Shown here: in pieces, positions 11,764 to 24,610 of the stretch
Layout of the letters: the number at the start of each line of letters is the position of its first letter
Position numbering within the stretch: the first letter of the stretch is position 1
Assembly (NCBI RefSeq): GCF_001194135.2
Contig: NC_069000.1
Location: forward strand, 24,185,856 to 24,249,855
Source: Octopus bimaculoides
Lineage: Eukaryota
Length of the DNA stretch: 64,000 nt
Direction of reading: 5' to 3'
Notes under the pieces: model-generated
The model's input: only the letters and a program-made list of their open reading frames with translations
Told to the model about the DNA's origin: nothing
Database searches by the model: none
Program-made: the position numbers and the translations under genes

Positions 11764-14458
11764 GTGGGCAATTATGGAGTGAATTTTAGGGCTTATAAAT
11801 CTATTATTTTTCTATCCTTCCTCAATACCGGTTCCCATATGCTATTCATATNNNNNNNNNNNNNNNNNNNNNNNNNNNNNNNNNNNNNNNNNNNNNNNNN
11901 NNNNNNNNNNNNNNNNNNNNNNNNNNNNNNNNNNNNNNNNNNNNNNNNNNNNNNNNNNNNNNNNNNNNNNNNNNNNNNNNNNNNNNNNNNNNNGGGGGAG
12001 GTGGTCTCCATTTTGCTATACATGATCAGCTATACCCGATTTATCAATATCTCCTCGTGTCACAGCTTTGCGATGTTCTTCTACCCTTATTTTGAGGGGG
12101 TGACATGTTTCGCCTTTGTATAACCTACCACAGCTGCATGGGATGGAGTACACACAGTTTTTGGTCATATTCTCTTCTGTTGGTGGTTTTACCCGAAGGA
12201 GATATTTGCGAAGTGTTGTATTGCTCTTGAATACTGCCCTGATGTCATATGGGCCGCATATCTTTTGTATCTTTTCGGAGAGGCCTTTCACATAGGGTAT
12301 ATCAGCCGAAACGTTGTGTTAACAACAAACAAGATGAGGACAAATATCCGTCAAATGTAAATAATGTAAATGACTGGATTTTGTTAAGGTTGTTACAAGG
12401 TGATAGCTGTACTTCTAAATATTTAGTACATTCTGTCCAGCTTGTCATGTAAAATGGCTATTTATTTATTTTCTTCTGTGATTAATTTGAGTGACTGTTA
12501 TTGGTGTTGTTTCTTTTTAAATGAACTATAAAGGTACTGGTACATGATCCGATCTTAGATGTGTATTATTGTCTAATTTCCTGTTCAGTATTTAAAGCAA
12601 AGCTGATTAGGAAAACCACAAATAATTTATTGCTGATGGACTATAATTAAAATGCCTATAAAGTGGAAAGTTTGGTACTGTATATAAAATAAAGTTATAT
12701 TTATTCATAGTCTTCAGGAACTATTCTCCATCTCTTATGCTGCTTTATTTCTAAGGTTGGTGTTCCAAAAAGGATAGTATAAATTAAAATTACCCGAAAT
12801 TGGAATCTTGTTTTTGGTATTTGATTTTTCTAAGAAATTAAAAAATTTCCATTATTGTCTTTGTTTCTGGGAATGCTAGATTTTTTATTGTACATATATA
12901 CAATATCTGTGGGATTATTACTCAACTTAAATAATGTCTTGTTTAGAATGAAGTCCAACCTAATCACCTTTTGACATCTTGTGCTATGATAATATTTATT
13001 AGAGAAAAAAAAATGAAAATTCTGTAAATTCTCTTTTGTGATGACTCAAGTCTTTTAGTGAAATTTCTCAAAAAGAAAAAAATGTCAATAGTTGAGCCAT
13101 AAAGATATAAATATAATTCCAATACTTCATGTTCTTTAAAATATAGATATTTTATCCATAGATACATCAGATGATTAACTGTGAGTAAGCTGAGATGATT
13201 TTTTTCCTCACACCAATGTGGCCATTTCTTTTCATCAATTGCTGAGGCCCACTTCACGAGGTGGCAGCATTGTTTCAGCAATTACATATAACCACATTGG
13301 TTAGTTGTACTTCCATTAATAGCCATAAAACACCTTTTCCTGTTGTGTTTGTTATTGGAAATGGTATTTTGAAACAATGTACTTCAGTTGCTATATCTGT
13401 TGCATTTAATAATCCATTTGCAGACATTAGAAGTGTGGGTGCCTGTGGCTCATTCACACTGCCCCCCCTTTTTTTTTGTATTTACAATCATAATATCCAG
13501 CACTTTAGTTTCATTTCTCTCAAATTTTACTTTCACGTTTCATACAGCCTAGAACTGATATGCTTGTCTACTCTTCAATCCGAAGCCATTGCAGTATGTT
13601 TGTTTTTTTTTATTTCTATAGACTACTCCCACCACCAAAACGTATTTATTTGCGAAAAAAGAAAAGTATAATTTAGATAAAAGAAAATTATATTTGTAAA
13701 AAAACAGAAAACTTAAAGTGAATCGTGGTATCAGTTGTTCACACAGGGTTGGTGGTAGATAAACAGTAAATTTTTTGTGAACTGGGCTTTAGACAGATTG
13801 TCTAATGCGTTCCCATTTTCTTTTTAAATGGTTGGGGTGTGATTTGAAGGAGATTTGACTTCTAATTCTCTAGCAGTGACAGTGTAATGGCTAATTACAT
13901 TATCTCTTTTATTATAATACTCAACAGAAACACTTTCTTTCTAGCAGAAAGAAAGAAAGAAAAAAAACTTTCATTATCCAATTAATATTTTTAAAGACGT
14001 AGAAGCCACAATCAACCCTTTGATCAAAGCTATTCCAGCCATGACTATTCCATTTTTATTTATTTAATTAGGATTACATTGTCCAATGCGTTCCTACTTT
14101 TTTTTTGAATGGTGGGTTGCGATTTGAAGGAGATTTCTATCAAAACTAATTCTATCAATTGTTATCTCTTTTATTATCATACTCGATATAAATATGAAGT
14201 CTCTCTTTCTAGCAAAAGCTCAATACTAACAAGTGTTCAGTCGGCTCACATATATCAGAAATTAATATTCAAGTGGTTGAACTTGTCAAAATAACGTTTG
14301 ATGTAAATCAGTACGAAACCTAACTGCAGTCGTGCGATGGGCATACAAGGAAGATAACTTTACATAATTAGTCTTATTGAAATTGCATAGCTTGATAAAT
14401 TATACAGAGTCATGTCCCTTGCAATTTTTTTTTTGTCACAAAATAGAATTTCATAGAG

Positions 14459-15021
14459 CAGTGGTTCTCAAACTTTTTAGAGACGCGACCCACTATTTAT
14501 GACACCAGTTTATGGTGACCCATTTAACTCTACTGGGTAAAAACATTAATGAAAGAAACAAATTTATTTCAGATTACATTTTTATTGAGGCCTGTGAGAA
14601 GGATGAGCCTGTTTCTTGCTATGCTCAATAATAGAATTAACATCAGGTTCAATGCGTGATAGTGTCAGCCGTAAAGAATGTGAGAGCTGCAGTTTATTTC
14701 GAAATTTGCTTTTAATCCCAACCATTGCTGAAAATCCAGCTTCACAATTATAAGATGACGCGAAAGGGAGAAGTATTTTTAATGCTTAGGTGGAAATGAT
14801 TGGGTACAGGTTTTGAAAAGACGCCCAGAACTGTACCAATTTTCGGGTGTTAGAGGTCATTTTCAAGGAAGAGTTTTCGGATAAATCGATAAGTTCCTCA
14901 TCAGATTTTGTTGATATTCCAGTCGTCACGTCAGGTTGAAATGCGTAATTTTATAACTTTTTGCGACATGCTAGGCTTCCGTTTGCGACCCATCAGTGGG
15001 TTGCGACTCATAGTTTGGGAA
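14459..15021 (-). mobile_element. hAT/Charlie-type internally deleted transposon
   Basis: Ends cagtggttctcaaact...agtttgggaa; minus-strand translation LLPFASSYNCEAGFSAMVGIKSKFRNKL (hAT dimerisation domain). Confidence 0.85.
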
Positions 15022-15069
15022 TATATATATTTTATACATTGAACATAAATAGAAAAGACCATTTCTAAC

Positions 15070-15163
15070 CAGGAAGCAACTCTTCTGGTACTATTTATGT
15101 TGCAAACAGCTGAAGCAAATATTGAAGGTTTGGTTAATTTTGTGTACTTGTGGTACTGGTAAT
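15070..15163 (-). CDS. gene 2 candidate exon (YQYHKYTKLTKPSIFASAVCNINSTRRVAS)
   Basis: Acceptor tcttttgtttcccag|, donor CCTG|gttaga; 94 nt, phase 1->2. Confidence 0.45.
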
Positions 15164-15422
15164 CTGGGAAACAAAAGATATAAAATGCTATGGTTGTGTA
15201 GCTCCAGGTCAGCTTTGATCATGCTGATGTAGAATCACAGGTATTTCTACTGTGGCCATCCTTCTGAAGTTGAAACATTAAATCCAATTATTCAATTGAT
15301 CATCGAGGAAACATTGCACCTCACTCTCTCATGAATGTTCTAAATGCTAGGCCTCACTGTGAATGAGAATCTCTCATGGTAAACATACATCTTTAACATA
15401 AATTAGACTACCTTTCTAAGAC

Positions 15423-15459
15423 CTTCCCTTCTTTCCAGAGCCAGAAAATACTTCATCTC
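15423..15459 (-). CDS. gene 2 candidate exon (EMKYFLALERRE); alternative donor at 15412
   Basis: Acceptor catttattgtag|; phase 0 open; donor GAAG|gtctta (phase 1) or AAAG|gtagtc (phase 0). Confidence 0.4.
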
Positions 15460-15571
15460 CTACAATAAATGACCATCTGCTATGCTGGGGCAGTGCTGTT
15501 GCACCACCAACATGCTAGAGAGTCTCTAGACAAAGGTCACTCAATTGATTGGCATAAAATTACTCACATAC

Positions 15572-15630
15572 ATGTTCCAATGCAATGTTCTCTTGAAAGT
15601 GTGCCCTGGTGCACACACCTATTTTACTAC
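15572..15630 (-). CDS. gene 2 candidate exon (SKIGVCTRAHFQENIALEH)
   Basis: Acceptor ttttttcctttccag|, donor CAT|gtatgt; only phase 1 is open. Confidence 0.45.
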
Positions 15631-16477
15631 CTGGAAAGGAAAAAAGATATGCAGAAATTCTCTCCTGGTACATGTCTTTCCTGCAGTTATTGATTTGTAA
15701 CAGTTTGAAAACTTTAATGGCATCAGCCATAGTCTTCAAGGGTCTGCGAAGTCCAAAGTGACTGACTCTTCTTGCAGACCAAGCAGAAAAAGAACCCTTT
15801 CTCCCAACAAACTCTATTTTCTAAGGCTATCTTATTCAGCATATTCTTTCTCCATTTAAAATTGTAGAGCATAACATTGGAGATTTGGCTGCTTTATCTT
15901 GTCTGTTGAACAACCAGACAGAGCTTTTGTTGTTGACATGAGATATAAATATGAGGATAGTTACTCAGCAGATATAAAAACAACTTCTGAGAAACTTGCT
16001 GCATCTATGCCCAAACTATAGGTTAACATTTGTACTGATGAGAATTACAAGTAACCGAGAAGAGTCAGCAAGGGAACACCTACATTGTTGGTTGAATTGA
16101 CCAACTAGAAATAACAACTAATCTGATCCCATCTACCCATCTTCAAAAAGGAAGACACATTGAAAATGTACTCTAAGATACATTATGTCTGGAAAAAGGT
16201 AGGATAGTCACAACTTGAACATCTTACTAGAGCCTACGGGTGAGTTAAACAAGGAAAAAACAACGAAATCTACAATAACAACTCTTAGCTGGGTCAATAT
16301 AACTTTGTAGGAGAGTTGTATAATCAGTTGAATTTAGAAGGGCCTATGGGACCTCCTGAATGGCATGCGTAGTTCAAAATTACTGCTTGTCTCATGCAGC
16401 CCACTTCTTAGAAAGGGTTGCTCAGGCCTGCTCAGCTGTCATAATACAAGAAAAGACATCTTGAACAACATAGCGCT

Positions 16478-16538
16478 ACATACATACATACATACATACA
16501 TACATACATACATACATACATACATACATACACACACT

Positions 16539-16605
<67 letters not shown>
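16478..16605. repeat. (TACA)n(CA)n compound microsatellite
   Basis: direct reading. Confidence 0.95.
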
Positions 16606-16606
<1 letters not shown>

Positions 16607-18014
16607 TATATCACGGTGACAAATGAAACTTCTTTGGTAACAAATCTACTTAATCAAAGCTTGCCCAAGGACAACAACAATAACAACAGTGTATCTCCAA
16701 ATCCTTTACGTTTATTTATCTTAGTCTTTATTATGCCCTGCATGTACTGAATTGTGAAAATGATATTGAGGAGAAAAAAATAAGAAAGCGAGAGAGAGAG
16801 CAAAATAAAAAAAACTGACAGACGGTAAGAAAGTTGATTTTGCCCAATGTATCCTAGTATATTTACATAATTAGATCACATCCCCTGAAGTTCAAATAAG
16901 GCCAGAATTTTTCAAAAACTCAATGATGCTCAGTTGGCATCGATTTTTGTGAGCTCAATTGGGCGTTTGAATGGAAATTCCCATAACGATGTTATTTTTC
17001 CTGCAGCTTTTACCTTTTTTCACGTGTAAAATTTCAACAAAATCGACAGAATAGTCTCTTAAGAAATGCTTATTCAATACAAGGTGGGTTTAACTGTTTA
17101 ACTTCAATATGGAAAACACGAGCAACGCCAGGTTCAACAGTATATATATATATATATTATAAATTAACTACCAATAAAAATAATTGGTAAGCTAACTCAA
17201 AAAATCATCACCAAAATAGCAGAAAAAAACGATAGTGAAGGTATGCAGACTCTTCAAGAATCGATCCTTTTGGTTATATTAATAATAATAAAGGAGTTAC
17301 GACGCAAAAACGTATAAATTCAAATGAACATATTTATCTTCTTCAATATATATATATATATATATANNNNNNNNNNNNNNNNNNNNNNNNNNNNNNNNNN
17401 NNNNNTATATACACGGGGGATCTTTTCCTTTTGATCGATAGGTCGCTAAATTAATTTTTTTAACTAAACACTTTCAAACTTCGGATACTGGTAGAATGCG
17501 TAATATAGAACATCTTTTACTCTTAACGTTGTTGAGAAAAGTTTGTATTTTCGAAGTTGTTTCGTGTTAAAGTTGTCGTATTTGGGTAATTTCAACCAAT
17601 CAATGACGTCTATTGAGCTGAATAAAGTTACTGCTGTTGTTTGTCAACAACTTCTGGCGGTGTATATTTCGTTTGTCACTGTTATTTATAACATATTTCA
17701 TCTCAGTTACGTTCGTATGAATAAACGAGTGTATCTGAAGCACGTTTACTTCACAACACCACTATAATCGTTCGTGCATTTCTACTGCTTTTAGGTTTTT
17801 TTTCCCGTTTTTTCAGCTATTATTTTCGGAAAGTTTTCCTCCCGCACCCCCATTTTCTCGCAAATTATTGTTTAAAAAAAAAAATTTTTTTTGCCAAAAA
17901 CTCAGCTTTTCGGATACGGAGATTCCGGAAAATTGCCAAAAATCAGAATTTTGAAATTTTTTGTTTCCCCGTTACCCCTCCCTTTCCAGTTTCTTCATTT
18001 TTCACTTTTTTCCG

Positions 18015-18044
18015 TAACCCTAACCCTAACCCTAAAACCCTAAA
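18015..18044. repeat. short interstitial (TAACCC)n telomere-like repeat
   Basis: taaccctaaccctaaccctaaaaccctaaa. Confidence 0.7.
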
Positions 18045-18248
18045 TACACACACACACAAACACACACATACATATACACACACACAAACATATATATATG
18101 TATACATATATGAGTTGTAATAATAAAGTCAAACCAAATAGTGATAATTTAAAATAATTTAATATGTACATATATATGTATATACATGTTTATCTATATA
18201 TGTATATAGATGTGTATATATTTATGTATATAAATATGTATATATATG

Positions 18249-18299
<51 letters not shown>

Positions 18300-19077
18300 N
18301 NNNNNNNNNNNNNNNNNNNNNNNNNNNNNNNNNNNNNNNNNNNNNNNNNNNNNNNNNNNNNNNNNNNNNNNNNNNNNNNNNNNNNNNNNNNNNNNNNNNN
18401 NNNNNNNNNNNNNNNNNNNNNNNNNNNNNNNNNNNNNNNNNNNNNNNNNNNNNNNNNNNNNNNNNNNNNNNNNNNNNNNNNNNNNNNNNNNNNNNNNNNN
18501 NNNNNNNNNNNNNNNNNNNNNNNNNNNNNNNNNNNNNNNNNNNNNNNNNNNNNNNNNNNNNNNNNNNNNNNNNNNNNNNNNNNNNNNNNNNNNNNNNNNN
18601 NNNNNNNNNNNNNNNNNNNNNNNNNNNNNNNNNNNNNNNNNNNNNNNNNNNNNNNNNNNNNNNNNNNNNNNNNNNNNNNNNNNNNNNNNNNNNNNNNNNN
18701 NNNNNNNNNNNNNNNNNNNNNNNNNNNNNNNNNNNNNNNNNNNNNNNNNNNNNNNNNNNNNNNNNNNNNNNNNNNNNNNNNNNNNNNNNNNNNNNNNNNN
18801 NNNNNNNNNNNNNNNNNNNNNNNNNNNNNNNNNNNNNNNNNNNNNNNNNNNNNNNNNNNNNNNNNNNNNNNNNNNNNNNNNNNNNNNNNNNNNNNNNNNN
18901 NNNNNNNNNNNNNNNNNNNNNNNNNNNNNNNNNNNNNNNNNNNNNNNNNNNNNNNNNNNNNNNNNNNNNNNNNNNNNNNNNNNNNNNNNNNNNNNNNNNN
19001 NNNNNNNNNNNNNNNNNNNNNNNNNNNNNNNNNNNNNNNNNNNNNNNNNNNNNNNNNNNNNNNNNNNNNNNNNNNNN

Positions 19078-22000
19078 NTTTAAAACAGGAACGCACTTGT
19101 TCCATTAAGGATGATTGGGACTAAACAGAAATTCGGTGATAAAACTTCTCTATCTAACACTCGAATGGAGTGTTGGAATATAATGAAAAAAGAGAATGAT
19201 GATTTTATCACATACGCAAGAACAGTCAATAGGATGTATGAAAGTTTTAAACTCAAAGAACTTACACCTGAGACGTTCAAGTGTCTTATTTTCGTACAAG
19301 GCCTTACAGCAAACCAAGATACAGAAATTTGGGCAATAATTCTTTCTAAATTGGAACAAGTGAACCAAGATCTAACCTTACAATCCGTGAAAGAAGAATG
19401 CCAAAGGATGGTGAACCTGAAACACGATGTAGAAAAAATTCAAGAAAAGGATTTCTCAAAGATACAGATATACCGACCGGAAAAGTACAACCAAAAAAGA
19501 GCTCCACGCCCTAATCCATGTTATGGATGTTGGGGAATAATTTCAGAAATGACTGTCCATTAAGAAATCAAAAATGTTACATTGCAAAAGAATTGGTCAC
19601 AAGAGTTCACCCAGCAGAACAAAATAACGAAGGTCAAACGTTAAAAATCCTAGAGTGCTCTCAGCAGAAACAAAAATCAACTCCCAAATAAGAAAATTCG
19701 TAGACGTAAAACTAAATGGAATACATATTAAGCTTCAATTGGATACTGGAAGTGATATTTCAATAATAAACATGAATACATGGAAGAAATATGGAAACCT
19801 ATGTTCAGAAAAACAGCGAAATCTGCTCGTAGCGTGACGGGCGACAAATTACATTTCATAGGTGAAATGTGGACTAATGTCACATTTCGAAGGAAAACAT
19901 GGAAGGCGAGAGTCTTCGTCGTTAAGAATGCAACCGATCTGTTTGGTACCGATTGGTTAGAATTAATTGATTTATGGGACCTCTCCATAAATCTCTATTG
20001 TAAAAACGTAAATGGTTGTCCCTCTAAAAACAATTCGAGTGAAGAGTTAAAGAGAAAATTAAAAAAAATGTTTCCGCAAGTACTCCCGAACAAATTAGGT
20101 CTATGCACAAAGACGAAAGCGTGTTTTGGATTAGATGATAACGTTACACCCGTGTTCAAGCCTAGTAGGAAAGTGCCTTTTGCAGCAATAAAGCAAGTGG
20201 ACGATGAGTTGGACAGACTGGAAAAAAATGGAATCATTGAAAAAGTGGATTACGCGAAATGGGCAGCTCCGACTGTATGTATAAAAAAGAAAAATTAGGC
20301 TGTATGCCGATTTTTCGACCGGTTTAAATGACTGTTTAAAAATGAACCATTATCCACTATCGACACCAGAAGATATTTTTACAAAACTAAACGGAGTAAA
20401 AATACTTTCAAAACTCAATTTGTCTGACACATATCTACAAATCAAAGTAGATAAAAAAATGCTCAAAGCTATTAATGGTCAACACGCACAGAGGTCTATA
20501 CAAATACAATAGACTACCTTTTGGACTGAAGGTAGCACCTACAATGTTTCAACAAGTGATGGACGTGATGTTGGCAGCTGTCAGTTTGCTATTCTTTATC
20601 TTGACGCGAATCGCGAAATGAGCATATCGAACACATGAGTTGTGTCTTTAAAAATATTAAGGATTATGGTTTCACACTCAGTGAAGAGAAGTGTGAATTT
20701 GTTTTGCCTAAAATCAAATACCTAGGTAAGAATGGAAAACGTCCTGACCCATCAGCGCAGACGCAATCAAGGATATACCTCCTCCAACGAATATACTGAC
20801 ATTACAAGCTTTCCATGGCCTAGTAAATTACTATTATCAGTACATTCCAAATATACATAAATTGAGAGCACCTTTAAATGATTTGCTAAAAAAAGAAGTA
20901 AAATAGAATTGGTCAGTAAAGTGCCAAAACGCATTTGAAGACATAAAGAAAATACTAATTTCTGACTTGTCACTCGCGCATGGAAATTGTTGTAGCGTCT
21001 GATAGGTCGGGGTATGGAATAGGAACAGTCTAGCTACACAAGTATAAAGATAGAAATATGAAGCCAGTAGTTCATGTTTCACGTTCGCTGATAGCAGCGG
21101 AAAAAAGTATAGTTAGATAGATGAGGCTCTATCGATTATTTTTGCGGTGAAAAAAATTTCATAAATTTCTACATTGTTGAAGTATTTTGCTACAAACCAA
21201 CCATAGACCATTATTATCAATTTTTGGACCAAAGAAGAGATTGCCTACCCATACAGCGAACCGACTACAACGCTGGGGTACAATATTGCTGAACTACAAT
21301 TTTAAGATGCAGTATATTCCGTCGGAGAAAATTGGTCATGCATACTGCTTATCGAAGCTAATTCCCGTGAGCGTGGAACCGCTATAAGAGACCGTGATAG
21401 CGTCATTGCAGTCAGAAAATGAAGTAAGAAGTATTGTGTGTAATATAATTCAGGAACTGCCGGTGACAGTGCATGATATAAAAATGAAATCTGCAGAGGA
21501 TAGTTAAATAACAAGAATGAAAGAAACATTGGAAATAAGCATAATAATAATAATACAAACTCAAATAATCTCTCACTATGCGACGATGTCTTAATGTACG
21601 CGCAGAGAGTACCAAGTGCACTACAGAAACGAGTATTGCAAAATTCTACTGTGGGCACCCAGGAATTCCAGAATGAAAGCTTTAATGAAGAGCTTTGTAT
21701 ATTGGCCGACTATGGATAGGAACATAGAGAAATTGGTAAAAGCATGTTGAAATTGTGCGTTGGCAACCAAAGAACCACAAGTAAAATACCAATCGCGGTC
21801 GGTGACTGAGAGACTATGGTCCAGGATACATATCGACTACGCTGGACAAGTGAACGGCGCATGCTATCTAATCGTTGTAGATAGCTATACAAAGTGGCCA
21901 GAGGTATGCAGATGTAATAAACCCACAGCTCGATACGGGGTTCCAGACACGTTAGTTTCAGATAATGGAACACAATTCAAGGGACATGAATTAAGAAATT

Positions 22001-22960
22001 TCTGCAAAATACATGTCATAAAGCACATCTTTAACCCGCCCTACCACCCGAGGTCAAATGGGCAGGCAGAAAAATTTGTCGACACGTTCAAAAGAGCTCT
22101 AAGAAAAGCTAGGAATGAGCTAGATAATGACGAGGCACTAACGAAATTTTTGAGAGTATATAGAATAACGCCAAATCCAAATACTAATTCAGGAAAGTCA
22201 CCAGCAGAATTAATGTCCCTGCGTAAAATAAAATCGATCATCAATAAAATATTGCCAGGAAAAAATACATATAAAGGAAAGACAAAAAATACATTTGAAG
22301 GAAATACAAGAAATATTACAAACATTTTGAAGTAGGAGACAAAGTTCATATTAAAAATTACAATAATGGTAAAGAAGGTTGGGAGGATGGCTGTGTAATC
22401 AAAATATTAGGTAACATGATGTATTTAATTAAAGGACAACGTTTGGAACATAAGAAACACTTTAACCAGTTAGAGATGAGACATACAGAAGAACGAAGGG
22501 TAATACCAATGGAAGTATTCTATGATATGTTTGAAGTGCCAGCACCGAGAGATATAGAACCCTGTAAAACTAGCTTCAGAAAACGGAAACAGACTGAATA
22601 TCCGGAAAATAAACGAAAAAGATATGAAATAAAAAACAAAAACAAAAAAGCAAAATAAAAAACCTCAAAAAACAAGAGTACTAACAAAAGTGCTTAGTAC
22701 AATGAAAAGAAAAAGTGCATTGTGCAGTGAACAATACTACCTTAAAAGTCGGGTAACAATTAAGATACAACAACTAAAACAAAAAAAAAAGTGGGGGAGA
22801 GGTGCTGGAAAGAAAAAAAAATATTCCACTTTCTTACAGTAATCGAAATCTATAAAGGGGAGATGTTATGATGAGAGTTACGACGCCCCCTTGCGAGGGA
22901 TAGACTGGTCCTAGTATAGTATAAACAGTAACGACCCGAGTGAGTTCAAGATTCAGAGTT
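19078..22960 (+). mobile_element. degenerate Ty3/Gypsy LTR retrotransposon (gag, protease, RT, RNase H, integrase, PPT, start of 3' LTR)
   Basis: Gag with two broken CCHC knuckles (about 19513-19605); protease LQLDTGSDISII (DTG 19742-19750); RT YAKWAAPTVCIKKK; RNase H LQTNHRPLLSIFG; integrase RIHIDYAG, VSDNGTQF, PPYHPRSNGQAEKFV; PPT aaaggggaga followed by TGTTATG at 22864. Confidence 0.95.
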
Positions 22961-22962
22961 TG

Positions 22963-23320
22963 GAGTTGCAATGACCCAGTGGTTAGGGCAGCGGACTCGC
23001 GGTCATAGGATCGCGGTTTCAACTCCCAGACCGGGCGTTGTGAGTGTTTATTGAGCGAAAACACCTAAAGCTCCACGAGGCTCCGGCAGGGGATGGTGGC
23101 GAACCCTGCTGTACTCTTTCACCACAACTTTCTCTCATTCTTTCTTCCTGTTTCTGTTGTGCCTGTAATTCAAAGGGCCAGCCTTGTCACACTGTGTCAC
23201 GCTGAATATCCCCGAGAACTACGTTAAGGGTACACGTGTCTGTGGAGTGCTCAGCCACTTGCACGTTAATTTCACGAACAGGCTGTTCCGTTGATCGGAT
23301 CAACTGGAACCCTCGGCGTC
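22963..23320 (+). mobile_element. tRNA-derived SINE (family C) inserted in the Gypsy LTR
   Basis: Head aatgacccagtggttagggcagcggactcgcggtcataggatcgcggtttcaactccc with A/B boxes; body runs into a gap. Confidence 0.8.
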
Positions 23321-23749
23321 NNNNNNNNNNNNNNNNNNNNNNNNNNNNNNNNNNNNNNNNNNNNNNNNNNNNNNNNNNNNNNNNNNNNNNNNNNNNNNNN
23401 NNNNNNNNNNNNNNNNNNNNNNNNNNNNNNNNNNNNNNNNNNNNNNNNNNNNNNNNNNNNNNNNNNNNNNNNNNNNNNNNNNNNNNNNNNNNNNNNNNNN
23501 NNNNNNNNNNNNNNNNNNNNNNNNNNNNNNNNNNNNNNNNNNNNNNNNNNNNNNNNNNNNNNNNNNNNNNNNNNNNNNNNNNNNNNNNNNNNNNNNNNNN
23601 NNNNNNNNNNNNNNNNNNNNNNNNNNNNNNNNNNNNNNNNNNNNNNNNNNNNNNNNNNNNNNNNNNNNNNNNNNNNNNNNNNNNNNNNNNNNNNNNNNNN
23701 NNNNNNNNACACACACACACACACACAAACGTGCATATATATATGATGG

Positions 23750-23855
23750 ACTTCTTTTGGTTTCCGTCTACCAGATCCACTCGCAAGGCTTGGGTCAGCC
23801 CGAGGCTATAGTAGAAGACACTTGCCCAAGGTGCCACGAAGTGGGACTGAACCTA
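23750..23855 (-). mobile_element. SINE family A fragment
   Basis: tttccgtctaccagatccactcgcaaggc...cttgcccaaggtgccacg. Confidence 0.85.
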
Positions 23856-23920
23856 TAAACAATACAATAGATGGACTGAGGTTCGCTACAGCTGTTTTAG
23901 ACGTGTTCTTTATTCTTCAA

Positions 23921-24525
23921 GTGAATTAAGAGTAAAAGAGTAAAAACATTTAGAATTTTTCACACAAATAGCATATAAGGCGTGTTGATCATCTCCTCTC
24001 GGTTACAGTTGAGAGAGTATAATAGAGAATGCTATTTCGAAGTAAATATAAATGGTAATAAATTAATCAACGCGTTTAAGGGATTGAAATAGAGGAAGGA
24101 AAAGAGAGAAATGGAAGGGGAGAAAAAGTAAAAGGAAAAAAGGAAAAATATCCATTTAAAGGATGTCAAAAGGTTTCTCTATCGTCTAACAATCGAGAGG
24201 GCAAGATGGCTGACCACTATCTGATGGCATCAAGATAAGCAAGAGAATGAACGATTGTGAATAAAATTAAAAGGAGTTGAAATAAAGGAAAACCACCAGC
24301 AGATCACGGCAAAGGGGCACCAAGAATAGGCCACAAAGTAGAAGGCATATATATAAGTGGAGTATGCAATACACAGACTCAAAACAAACAAATACATACA
24401 CACACATGCATACACACGCGCGCGCACGCGCACACACATGCGTATATATATTCATACATACACACATGCACACACAAACACGTCCACATACATATTACAT
24501 ACAACATATACACAACCGCATGCCT

Positions 24526-24563
<38 letters not shown>

Positions 24564-24610
24564 CAAGTATACAGAGACAACAATGCCGTGATATATATAT
24601 ATATATAAAG
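23921..24610 (+). repeat. repeat A, left arm of an inverted pair (partner 29290-29993)
   Basis: Colinear reverse-complement match including the microsatellite-like part. Confidence 0.85.

Larger units (their letters stand above)
11545..12372 (-). mobile_element. 5'-truncated Penelope-like element: GIY-YIG endonuclease, tRNA-like segment, pLTR with hammerhead, inverted pLTR piece at the 5' junction
   Basis: ORF 12016..12291 contains NCVYSIPCSCGRLYKGET..LKIRVEEHRKAV; pLTR at 11545-11700; inverted pLTR end at 12295-12372. Confidence 0.9.

Noticed and set aside
13261-13671. 136-aa plus-strand ORF and overlapping minus-strand ORFs
   Set aside because: No recognisable domain and no convincing splice sites on the strand of gene 2.
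18164-19124. Long ORFs in the track made of X and YI/VC/HT runs (also at 23.2, 33, 35.5, 40.2, 50, 55-57, 59.5 and 60.8 kb)
   Set aside because: Translations of N gaps and dinucleotide microsatellites, not genes.
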